From: Fimbriosthenelais zetlandica
Lineage: Eukaryota
Length of the DNA: 64,000 bases
Direction of reading: 5' to 3'
Assembly (NCBI GenBank): GCA_977030845.1
Contig: OZ365110.1
Span: 29,078,001 to 29,142,000, forward strand
The first letter of the stretch is position 1, and each line of letters starts with the position of its first letter. The translations under genes were made by a program, and so were the position numbers. Positions 23,855 through 36,170 of the stretch are shown here, piece by piece. The notes under the pieces were generated by a model that saw only the letters and a program-made list of their open reading frames with translations, was not told the origin of the DNA and ran no database searches.

Positions 23855-23958
23855 AAGGTTTAAGACCTTATAGACACAAAATGCCGAAATTTAAGACTTT
23901 TTTAGGCCTTAAATTCCATAACCAATTTAAGACTTTTTAATGCCGCATGGGAACCCTG
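23855..23958 (-). mobile_element. Terminus of a hAT-like non-autonomous DNA transposon
   Basis: Minus strand begins CAGGGTTCCC at 23958, followed by three subterminal TTTAAGAC(C/T)TT repeats (23859, 23890, 23926). The partner end and TSD were not found. Confidence 0.45.
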
Positions 23959-24605
23959 TGTAATTCCCCAAATAAAGTGAAATCTCAGTTCTCTTACCAG
24001 GTCTTTCACTAGGTATTATAGGTCGGCCTAATAAAAAACAATGATTAATTCTAAACTATTAACCCCTGTCACTAAACTAAGAGGGAAAGATGTTCATGAT
24101 GTGGCTCTCACATGCACGGGCATATTAATAATACTGAGTACTGAGTATGCCTACCTGGATCCTTAAAGGTAATAATGTCCACGTCATCAGTATCCAGAGC
24201 TTGGCGATGATTGGTATGAAGTAGTCAGTGAAGCTGTGAGATTGACACTCAATGTGACACTATCACTGACACTGACACTAGTCACAAGGAATAGTCTACA
24301 TTTGTGGTAATTATCAGCAGTTAACTGATCATTTCATTTCCGGAAATTAGCAATCTGTTTTATAGAAATGTTCTCCTTGACAATCCCTTGTCACGTTGTT
24401 TGTCCCACTCTGTGACTCTCGTGCTTCTGGTTTTGTAAACAAACAACGGAGGCCGATAGTTCGTCACTATGCCAGCCACCAACAAAATGTTTATCCATGC
24501 TTTCCTCTTCCTCCTATCCCTTGGAAACCGGAAAACACTTATACATTTCGCTTACACACACTCTCCTTGGTGGTTAGAACAACGATACACAACACGCGGG
24601 GCCGA

Positions 24606-25117
24606 CACGTGCCATGCGTGCGGTGCCGTCCGGAAGCGCATACGCGCATGCGCGGATGACTGTCCCGCAGTTAATGTGAAAAAGACTGTCCCGCAGTTAA
24701 TGTGAAAAGACCTCTGGATTCTTGGGATCTCCTTGTAAGATATATCCTGTATGTAAATTAAACATGGAGTACATGAGTTGCTATTAAAATTTGAGGACAT
24801 ATTTTTATGCATATAACAAGTAACAAATACATGTCCAGAAGACCAGGATGCATATTAAGGAAAACCGCGCCTCATCTCCAACTAACGGGTAGGCCTATAG
24901 CAATGGGAGCTCAGGAATGGTGGCAAGCCTTGCCATAGAACATATTAAGCAGGAGCTATGCAAGGGAAAATACATAACATTCTATTGGGAAAGCATCCCA
25001 TATTTCGTTGATTACCAGTTTTCTTTTTGAGAATATTGCACTCTACAGCACCCAGCCTGGAAATCATCGTTGGGGACATATTGTAAGTGCTGGCCACGTG
25101 CACACAGGCGCCATCTT
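24606..25117. promoter_or_regulatory. CpG-rich promoter-like motif cluster (E-box, ETS, NRF1, YY1)
   Basis: CACGTG 24606-24611, CCGGAAG 24630-24636, CGCGCATGCGCG 24643-24654, CACGTG 25095-25100, CGCCATCTT 25109-25117. Confidence 0.3.
24658..24711 (+). repeat. Tandem duplication of GACTGTCCCGCAGTTAATGTGAAAA(A), 26/25 bp
   Basis: Copies at 24658-24683 and 24684-24708, identical except for A-run length, followed by a residual GAC. Confidence 0.92.
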
Positions 25118-28100
25118 CGAGATGGGAAGCAAATTGTTATCGCTATCATGCAAGCCATGCTATTAGCCTACAATCAATAGCTTTTGCCATGTAATTTGTG
25201 GCAATCAATGGATATATGGCAGCCAGGGCTGGCCTATTTTCTGCCCCTGTTTTCATAATGAGTATGCAGCAGAAATCGCTCAGAAAAATCAGTTGAAAAA
25301 CAAGGCATTACTGGACAGGCGGAAATTTGGCATGGCGCAATCGGTTATGCACTGCATAGAATGCACGAGGCCATATATTTGCACAGTTCTTTGTCCCAGA
25401 TAACTGAATAATATGAGCCACTTTATCAATTGATAAATTCATCCTCAAATTATAGAATCTGTACATGTCCTAAATCTTAATGCCTACCAAATTATTCCAA
25501 CTTTGGTTCCTATGAATACATAGACCAAAAAATTGATGGTAGGGACAATGGCTATTGTTAAAAGGAGTATTAGTAATTTAGTTGTAAATTTAAAGCCTCA
25601 GTCTTAAACCCAGACTATCAAATTTTCAGTGGAAATAGGTCGTACACTCCGACCCGAAGAAGGAATAACAGGTAGATGTCAGAGGGAAAAAACAAGCCCG
25701 TGAGAATAAGACCTCTGAAATTGCTTCCTCCCATTGTTTTCTCCAACTCAAAGCCCGAGTATCAACTCGAGAATTAAAAGGTCTTTACGTCATCGTCTTG
25801 AGATGAATGAAGGAAAAGACCCTGAGCTGAAAACAATAGAAAGTTTAAAACATTCCCACCGGTGACAAATATGGCCCTGAAAGCTTGGAACGTTCAGCAT
25901 TAAGGAAAGGGATCATTCCCTTCATGATGGCAGCTTTTTGAGTTAACGAGGGGCAGGAGGAAAAAGCGATCCGGGAAGAGCATTTAAATGCATTGCACAG
26001 CAAATATGGCTTCTGAGTGTCCAACAAGTTTGAAAGGGAATTTGGAGAAAAAGCTTTGGAAGAGGCACAAAAGTATTAAAGATTCACTAGTATACTGTAC
26101 CTGGAAACAGGCATCTTCCCCAAAAAAGTATTAGATAAAAATACAGGAAAAAGTGTATACCGTATATACTCTTTGTACTGTTAAGGGTTAATGCAGACCT
26201 TAATGCTATATAGTATAATACGCCTATAATGTATACCCCCTTTGACATTGACTACTGCATGAACATCATAGTTTCACTAGTGATATATAAGATACCTTCA
26301 AGTGAAGCTAACATAGAGCTTGTCGTTTTCATAACCATTACCATGTTCAATCCTAGCATGTGTGTTATGGCGATCCTTGGTATTTGGATTATATAGACCG
26401 AAACTAGACTATTTTCATGATTTACTGTTTTTTTCTCATAGACAAGAACCATTTCCAATAAGGCCACTAGCCATCTAAGTCAGAGCATATATATACCTTT
26501 TGCCTATCCTCCTCGTATATCTCAGAATCCCATCGAGACCACCTCCCTCTGCCCCTAACCCAATCCCCCTCACCCAAATCCCTCCCAGTGTTCACTTAGT
26601 CCCTCATGGCTTAGATGGGGTGAGGAGAGGGAAGCAAAGCATTTAATAATTGTCCTTCCCGTTGACTAACTTAGCTGGGCAATGCATGCAATTGGCTGTA
26701 GGCGTCTGCAATGAAAATACAGGGTCATATAGAATACACAAATATTATAAGAGGAATTGTTTAGTCCAGTTTAGGCTATTTTTTTTTAAATCGAAATTGA
26801 CTCCAAATAGTGCGATACATTATCATGAATGTCGTCCAAATGCCATGAAAATTGTAACACACTGCTTTCCACAATGAAGATTCATTTTCTGGGCACTTCA
26901 TAGCAATGGATTTTATAATATAGGCAGAGAATGGTTGAAATTATCGCTAGAAAGTGACTGACACTTTTAATTGACCTAGCTGTTTCTGTCTCTATGAATC
27001 TTGCCTTTTAATCAGTCAGCAATGTCATACTGCAATTGCAGTCAATAGTCTATGCTGCCATAAAGCCTAATCAAAGGCAGGTGTGCTTCTGGGAAAGTAC
27101 TCAGACGAATATCTGGGATCATGCAGTGACCCAAATTATATCCCGTTTTTAAATTGGTAATTTAAAGGTGGGTACGACCCTCATTTCCCTTTGAAACTGA
27201 CCTATATCCTAAGTACTGTTTATTCAGCTTCCACTGATTATTATAACTAAAGAATATATCCAACAACCCACCATTTCACGAAACAAAGGCAGGGTTGGAA
27301 GCTCAACAATCTCCACACAACTACTATTACAGGAAAGTACATTTGAGGAATTAATCCCAGGTAATATGCAGGGAACAATATTCTGGTCTTGTAAAAATAC
27401 AATACAGGACTCTTCTGGACTTCTTGCTCATTCATAGAATACCGAAGTTACCAAAATGAACTAAAGCAGACTATGAGGTCCCTTGTGGCATGATAGTCTA
27501 ACACAACTCGCATCCAAACCATGGACCGTATTCAAAGCTGTTCATGCTTTTAATAGTTAGAGCTTTTGTCAAAGTTTTGTCAAAGTCTATATCAGACAGA
27601 ATTAAAAGGGCAATTAACATTAAGTTATGAACATAGAAGAGCACATTGGTAAATAACTGGTATCATACTCTAACCGCCCGAATATGATGACTTGTGTTAA
27701 ATATTTCTGTCTTGCTTTCCAAGTTAAATGACATAGGACAAGAAGATAGATCCAAAGCTCTCCATTTTTTGCGAAGTAGCGAAGGAAGCATCCATCTTCT
27801 AATGTCGATCAATCAAGAAATATGAATAGCCGAGGGGCATTTCCGATGTCCTTATGCCATGGAGTACATCAATAGTCCAATCTTGGAGAGAATAATGCAA
27901 ATCTGCGTTGGCTGGCAGGGAGAAAGGACAAGACAAGGCATTTGTTGTATGAGATGGACATGTACACGTGGACTCGGGGGCTATAAATCGAGAAAATCAA
28001 CAGATGAACCTTGGCCAGAGGTATAACATCTTGATTAGTAGGAGAAGCTGGAGGAGGAGGGGACTATCTTATCTCCCAGGATGGTGATCAAGATTGTCTG

Positions 28101-31100
28101 ACCCTCTGAAGGCTGGGTAATGAATGACTCTCATCCTCCATCTATTCATCAATTAACCCATATGCTGCTTCCTTTGTGGCTCTACTCCCTCCACCACCGC
28201 CGTGGTACCTGGGTCTATAATATACAGCGGCCGACACAAACTGCAAACCCGGGGAGAAATCCCGCCCATTATTCATCCATAAGGGCCCATAACTTCATGT
28301 GGCTGTTCGCAGACAGGTCCCAATATGATGACATGCAGGGAATAATCTAGCTAATGTGCACCGTGTAAGGGCCGGGGCTTGATGCAGGGTGAACAATACA
28401 ACATCCACGATGAATTGAAAGCAGAAGAACTGGCAGAGGAAGACATCCTTCACCTCGGAGCCACCAGCGAAACAATGAAGAGTTGGAAAAAAGCAAACCA
28501 CGAACAGAAGGTGGTAATTATTTAATAGCTCGGGCTTCTGCAATAGCTTATGTCTCTCATTAATCTCTAATTATTACAGAATAGATTGGAGTATCGTTTG
28601 ACGCAGGATTAATCAGTCTCACATTTCAGCTCTTGCAGAGACAAGATTGGGACAATGCCGAATCTAGAGCAGACTGCCATTTTCCATTAATGGTCCTACT
28701 CTTGCCCAGAATTGAGAAAGAACGAAGCTTTCTGAACAGCTGCTGCAAACAAGCCTCCCCGCTCAAGACCAGCCGCACTCCTTTCACACTACTTCTCCTT
28801 TCGCATCTTAACGGAGCTAACAAGTGGGCGTCAAAAGCCGATTTAGGTAATTGGATGACAATGAGCTGAAAGTAGTGTATGGATTAGTTATATACACATG
28901 ATGGTTAACTCAAAACAATGCCTCTCCCATAAAACCATTCCCTTAAGACGGTACTGAGTGCAGTTATTCCAGATGCTCATAAAATCTGCCACAGGGAAAG
29001 GATGGGGTGACCAATGCAAAAAGCCTTTCTGTCAGAGACACAAGTTTGTTCTGCCAACAAAAGATCATCACAGAATGTAGATGGCATTACAACTGGAAAA
29101 TGCTGGCTTTGACCTGAACAAGGCCATGTCTAAAACTCCTGGCAGGCAGATAATGATGGTTCTGCTAGAATAATTGAGTTAGAAGGTGCGGGTAAACAAG
29201 GAGCTGGGTAAGAGCATGGAGGATGGACATGATGTGTCATCACTGCCTGTTATTTTTTCTGCCAAGGTGATCAAACATATCCTCTGGTAGGCCATCTCTC
29301 TTGGCACAAGGTCTTCACAGGTTGTTGCGCAGCCATATACATTGTCCGCCTCAACCTCCCGCTCTGTTTGTTTTGGAGTAGGCTGAAGGACTGAATTGCC
29401 CTTTTGGATTAGAAACCGGGAGAAGACTAGGTAGGAAACTACCGGTGTTTATTCTGCATGAAGATATAAGTGAAAGAAGGAAGTTTGGTCATCTGACCTG
29501 GATGCCATTGGTCGCAGGTTGGGGGTGGGATTTTTTTTCAGCTTGGCATTGTTCCATAAAGGATTTATAAACTTTGGGATAAAGCCACGACTCTGACAAT
29601 TCACAACTTCCTAGCTATTTTAACTTTGCTGAGTCAGGAACATTAAGAGAAGTAAACAATCAAGATTGATTCTTAATTTCAACTTTTACTGTTGTTGTTT
29701 GAGAAATTAATTGAGAAATATTTTTTAAAAAACTATTAGATATATATATGATTCTTTAACCACCACACTAACATTGCACGAAATAAATATTATATACGAT
29801 GTCCAATAATGAAAACCCTAACATTGTGCATCACTTTAAAACACCAATTACTAATCATTACATAAATTCAAAGCAATTCCAATGAATGCCAAGAACCTTG
29901 AGTTATGCACATGTCACATCATTAAAAAGAAATTAACACAGAGCCGGAATATTTTGTCTTATTAAAGAGGGCGATTAAGAGAGGTTGAAGGTGTGATTTC
30001 AATGGGCAGTATTTCAGCTGCGGGCTCTGCCATCAGCCATTCCCATGTTGTGCACATTTCGGAAGCATTTCCTTCTCAACAGCACAAATCTGGCTAATAA
30101 AAACATAACAAAAAAGCAGCCGAGCGTTTTGCAGCCCAGCCTAACCATACTCTCATGTGATCTGTTTAAACATGAAAATCAATAGGCAGAGGTTCAAATT
30201 TAAACTGCACCAAAAACAAGGTGTTAGCTGCCTAAATGAAGCGTTCGGGAAAGCCAACCATTCTCCAGGCAACATTGCTCACACTTCAAATCAAATACTC
30301 TCATTTTATACCCAGGATCTCCTAGATTTAACCCTACTAAAATATTTAAATGCAACCAAATCTTATATCTGTGAATAAACAGCAATATTGGCTAACCTCA
30401 TCGTATTGTATGAGGGGATAAGGAGTATTTTCATTTCCTGAACAAATTAATTACTGAAGTTATCAACCTACATGTAATACATTCCAACATGTCAAAAGAC
30501 AGATAACAATATAATAAACTTTCTAAACATACCGAAACATGGCCTTATACGTTTCAGAAATTTAATGGAAATAATAGATTTTTAAAATGGATATATGAAA
30601 AAAGATCACAATTGGGTGGTTTCAGCCACACGTGCTTGATATTTCCATAATGCCAGGACAAAGCCACACTTTCCACATGGGATAATCATTAATTACGATT
30701 CGGCCACATGTTTCTCCACATGGTCGAAGGGAGTCATGACTTTGTTGGAATACAATGAGCCATTTAAGGCTCTTCTCTAATGAGATATCTTGGCGTAACC
30801 TTTGATGGTGTCAGAGATGGGCTAATTACAAGACTCAAAATAAATCATACCAGAGGATCCTGAAATATACCAGACGCCAGGCCAAGCTTGCACAGATTTG
30901 TAAACTTTTTTTTCTGGTGCAGCAATAAATTTAATCAAATATCCTCTCAGAAATCTTTTTTTAAATTTTTACAAAACCCCTTAAATATTTAGTTTTAAAT
31001 AAAATGCCCAAAGGGGTTCTCTTAGCATATTGAGTATGTTATTGAATAGGTTTTTAAAGAATCCTTTTATATAATAATATTGAAAATGTCAGTTGATCTA

Positions 31101-32583
31101 AAAGAAAAGAGCCAAATTTGGATGGAAGGAGACACTGACAAAAAAATGTAGCATCACAATTAACGTCAGCAGCTAACTTTTTGCAGCATCATATACTAAG
31201 TTACTGTCATTATGTTCGTCTAGAGAGACAAACTAAAGGGCAAATTCGTGAGGGGAGACTCGAGGCTCACAAAACCTTTTTGTAAAACTGATCTAAACTC
31301 GGCCTATCACATATATAATCATTTTAGGGTTTCATGACATTACTTTTTACTATATTTTGTCTTTGAATAGCATTGCTTCGCTATTTGAAACGTGATCTAC
31401 TGGGCATTGAGCATCATGGCTAAAAGCAGTTTCATAAGCCCATCCATTCATTTGGAGATTGAATAAAATAGGGTACGCAGACCTAATATATGGAAAGTTC
31501 GCCGAAACACTGCTATGGAATCAACTGTAGGAAGCTGTTGAAATTTAATCAGCAATATAAGTTTTTAGAGGATGTAATTTTCATCACTCCGCAGCAATCA
31601 AGATTTAATGATGAAAAATAGAATATAGGCATCTCACTTCCACAGCTTCTACCTCTAGGCGTATTAATTGTACACACATAATATCATATATGTGTATGTT
31701 ATCCAGGCAGAGAATAGGGAGCATTGCAATTGGCCATTATGCTACAGTGAATGCTGACGGCATAACCTTCTATGGAGGTTTCCTAAGCGATCATAAATAA
31801 TAGCCGCTCTCCTTATGTGTCCATGGGCAGTCTTATAAGGAAGGATGATAGTTCACATAGAATCTCCACCCTCCCATTAAATTCAGTTCCTATCCCAATG
31901 CATCACAAAGTCGCACCTTCATTCCAGACTGCACCCTTTCTATCATGTCTCCCATGTTGAATTACTTATATCCTCTCCTCTTGCAGTGTAGGGCTCATCC
32001 CGCTTCGTGCCTAACCATATGGAGATCTGATTTCCAATTGCAATTAGGATGCTAATATGATATCAATGCCTTGGATTGGCTTCCCAGTCCTGCTTATAAC
32101 TGTCGTCTATTTTTTGTCTCTCCTTGCTCTGAAATCAATTCAAAAAATACTTCCTTCTCATTCTGAGAAGGCTCATCATACATGGGGTCAGGTGTGATAA
32201 TCCTGTTTGACACAGGAATTGGGGATATGGTGTACCTAATATCTAAATGATATTGGTTACCCTCAGGGAAATAGACAAATAGGACTACACTAAATAGTGC
32301 ATGAGTGGAGATGCCAGTGAAAGTATTGCATAATATACAATAGTTCATAATAGTTGTCTTGCCTCCAACTCTGCAATTAATTTGGGTAATAGTTTACTAA
32401 GGTCAGCAGCAAGCTCTATATGTATCTATCTCTTGTGCCACTTCTACCAGGGTCTCAATATCCGACACTTACCGAATCAGAGTGGGAGTCTCGTGTGCCC
32501 AATTGTTGAAGATGAGTGTTGTATAAGAGTCTGCTCTAAACCTGCAAAAAAAAAATGGGGCATATTCAACAAGATCAAAGATA

Positions 32584-32720
32584 AATGGCCTGCATAACAC
32601 AACGGGTGCATTACATAAGATAATTATATGACCAAAGAAAAATGGATTGCATAACACCATGGTTCTATTACATCAGATCCATGACAGTAGAGAAATGGCT
32701 TGCATAAGACCATGTCAAGT
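32584..32720 (+). repeat. Degenerate tandem repeat of about 55 bp, roughly 2.5 copies
   Basis: AATGG(C/A)(C/T)TGCATAA(C/G)AC starts at 32584, 32641 and 32694. The first two copies also share ATTACAT.AGAT and ATGAC. Confidence 0.7.
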
Positions 32721-35700
32721 CATGTGATGTGACTATATAGAAACACCATATCCTATGTAATATCCTCATGCTAAGATTCGTGATGGAGAAACCCCGACCC
32801 ATGGAACACTACCCTGCCGTATTCCGTCATTAGAGACTTGGTGATTCACAAAACAAATCATTAAATTGCAATCCCTAGTACCACTTCCACTCCCTTGAAA
32901 GTATCTTTCCCATGCAAAGGACTATCAATTCTCTCTGGCCACTCAGCTGTGTACCCAACCCTGGTACTGCTGAAAGCATTGTTGCAACTTTCCCCATGGC
33001 TGCTCAATTCCAATTCCATGGATTGAGTCTGTGCACCAGGAAAAATCAGGATGCCAGCTTCAATGATCATTTCCAGCAAAGGCACTTAGCACTCCAGCAG
33101 GAGCAGGTGGCCATTCAGATTCATTAAACAACGCAGCATTGAACTTTTTGAAAAGCTTGGACATGGTTCCTTATGGTCTCAATATCAGGACCATCATTAT
33201 TGAAATTTTTGGTGGGTGATTTTACTTTAATTTGTTTCTTCCCCCTTGGATTAGAAAATGCTCATTGTGGAGAAAAGAACAACAAAGGTGGGAGGAGTTT
33301 CTTTTCATTCCGAGCCACATCCAAGCTCTTGGTGCTAGGGTGGTACGATAGATAGTCTAATCAATGGAGATGGGACTCAATTGTGATTACACCGGTGCAG
33401 CCAGTCATATGGACACAAATGCATGGCAGAGAGGTCCAAGTAAAATGCATGTTATTTGTAACCATGAGCATAATCCGGTCTTGGAAATGGTGGTGCCCTG
33501 ATGCCCAGGAGAACGAAATTTTCCTTTGGCAAGATTACCGATGGAATAAATAGCAAATACATGTAGTCTCACTGGACTACCATACCCTATCTATAGCAAG
33601 ACTTTTTGTGCCAGGATGTAAACTGATGGCTACTGCAGCAGAGGGTACAGCCTGAATATTGTCCTATCTCAGTAGAGCTTTGTAACACGACAAGGCTCGA
33701 TTACTTCTTCCCTCAAAGTAAAATGAGTAAATAACACTTGCATTGTGAAAAACAATTAGAGAAGGGAACAGTGACATATATATGTAACAGTAAAAGCAAT
33801 CATTGTGTGGGAGTTTTTATTGTAAGACTCTCCATAGATTAATTCATTGAACAGCCCTTTAATGCAGATGTTTTTTTTTCGGATGTGAAGGTTTCCAGAT
33901 TCATTAAGGATCTCAAAATTGCAATATTGAAACCGGACTGCAATTGGATGTACACGCGTATGACAATTATTAACCTAAGCTGCTGTATGGGGAAGGAATA
34001 ACACGGAAGCAAGAGTTTAATACTGTAATCAAAAAACAACCGCCTTCTAAAGCTACCTCAACAGGATCAAGTTCTTAATCGCTTCAAGACGACCAAGTTG
34101 ATAATCAACCTTAATTCAATAGCTGCAACATAAAAAGTGCAGCTCTATCATACGGCCGTCTAACCTCGCTTCCTGAGCTGCTGGCAAAGCCAATAACTCT
34201 GTGGTTGCATTTCTTAATTACATTGCAATACCGCTGCCAATGTTTCTAACCGACTAGGGAGTCAACATTGCCAATAAGTGTACCTTGATCGATACCCCCT
34301 GCTCCATTCAAACAGTGCAGCCGGAATTTTCATGGATCTAGGGTCATAGCACCACTTAGGACAACAATAGTCACTGCTTCCCAGCCCAGCTGGTCTGTGG
34401 CCTGTTGGGAAAAGCTTCAGCCTTATTAGTCAATCTATAAGTGACGGGGAAATACGTTACAAGACGCTGGCCTCAGTATGTGATAAAGTTACTTGTGAGT
34501 GGGAATCGACTGCTATGGGTGTTCGTTTCTGCGCCCACTCTCTCAGTCCATCGATTGGTACCGGTGCTTATCAGCATTTTGTGGCTGGTTGCATTGGCTG
34601 ATATGGTTCTAAGGTGACTAATACAGGCTGGACCGTGTTGGCAGATACCTATTCTGGACATGGCCAGCAGCCGATTGCTGACATCCTGGCTTCATGTAAT
34701 GACTTCAGCATGACAGGCAATTAGTAGATTATATACAATGTAGCTTCACAGAGTGGGAAGTGGACAGGAGAGGGAGTCGGATACGGGAAAGGACCAACTG
34801 ATAGATATAATAGGCCTAATGCAATTTTACGGAAATCGTCTTAGCGATATGTACGTACAAGTTATAGGCAATTGCGTCATTTGTCCAAATTAAACATAGG
34901 CCCACATTATTTTTGATATGATGATCAGAGTTACAGAATTAAAATTTATCGTCTTCTCAGTTATGAAACCACTGTTGTGTGATCTGTTGGGATAACTTTT
35001 TAAATCCTAAGCCAAGCCATGACTGAAATATCTATGCCAACGAGGTCTGCAAAAATGATTGCATTCGGAATTTTTGTTAACTTTTTAATTGCATTTCATG
35101 ACACTTTTACAAATCTGTGAAATTGATTTCCATCATGCATGCAAGGGAAGGCTTGAAGAATTGCCTGGATTTCCCATCAAACTGTTGCCTTGCTTTACAA
35201 CCACTACTTTCCTGCCTGTTCACTCTTTCACTTGCCATTTCTCTCAGGGGTGCTCCCGGTTAAGACCATTTTCTTGAAACTAAAGATCCTGAAATTCCCC
35301 TTGTGCATTCAAAGCAGAGGCGAGAAAATGAAAATCCTTCTAGATCAACTAAATTAAACCCTAGAATCCAATTAGACCAAGCCAGAGGACCAAAGTTGGT
35401 TTCTTAAAGGCAACATGATATTATAAAGGTACTGTTTAACGCACAGGGGTTCTGGGTGCCATGACTGCTGTAGGGGGCTGAACAAGGATGGGATGGAGTC
35501 TACTTGTTGGCCAAACTGGGTATTTTTCAAGAAAACATGAGCACCTTTGCCTGTTTCTGTCAGAAGCCTGAGGTTGTTGACCTTGGCTGAACCTCGCCTT
35601 CAGTGTATCAACCTCTGCTCTCCTCCTCTCGCCTCTCTCTAAATATTTTGACCTTCGCTTCCTCCAGACCAAAGCTGGCCAGAAAAATTGTCCAAGGGAG

Positions 35701-35989
35701 GAAATATATTAAAGATTAAGTTGACATAGGGATTCCAACAGAAAGAAGACGTGACTGTATATTTCATAGCCCCATAGGTGCAAGGAAATTCCAAGTGTTT
35801 TGAAGCTGCTTGCTTGGGAAATTAACAAGCTGTTATTTAATGAAGGTACATAATTCAAACAACAGACTTTGATACATGTATAGAAAACTTATTAAATGAG
35901 TAAATCATTTTATGTTATGTCACATGACCAGTCTGCACACCTTCTCCTGCTGCGCAATTTCATTCAATCTCATATTTCATATCTGATTT

Positions 35990-36170
35990 AAATATAAGAG
36001 ACATTTGTTTGGTACAGTTTCAAGAAGGCTTAGTGAACCTTCAAGGGTCCAGAGAAAGAGAGTTGGACAGGGTATTGCGTGAGTTTGTTGGGCTTGGGAT
36101 AGGGATCAATCTCAGTCCGGTTGCCGCTTCGACAGATCCTGCCTGCAACCACCTGCCATCCCTCCAGGGT
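35990..36170 (-). mobile_element. Possible decayed CR1-like LINE 3' end
   Basis: Minus-strand SGNRTEIDPYPKPNKLTQYPVQLSFS resembles the CR1 RTRGHPYKLxKPxxRLxxRKxFFS segment. Confidence 0.2.

Noticed and set aside
32861-33085. RIDSPLHGK resembling the Kolobok transposase RCDSPGHSAK motif
   Set aside because: A single short similarity with no flanking catalytic context or termini.
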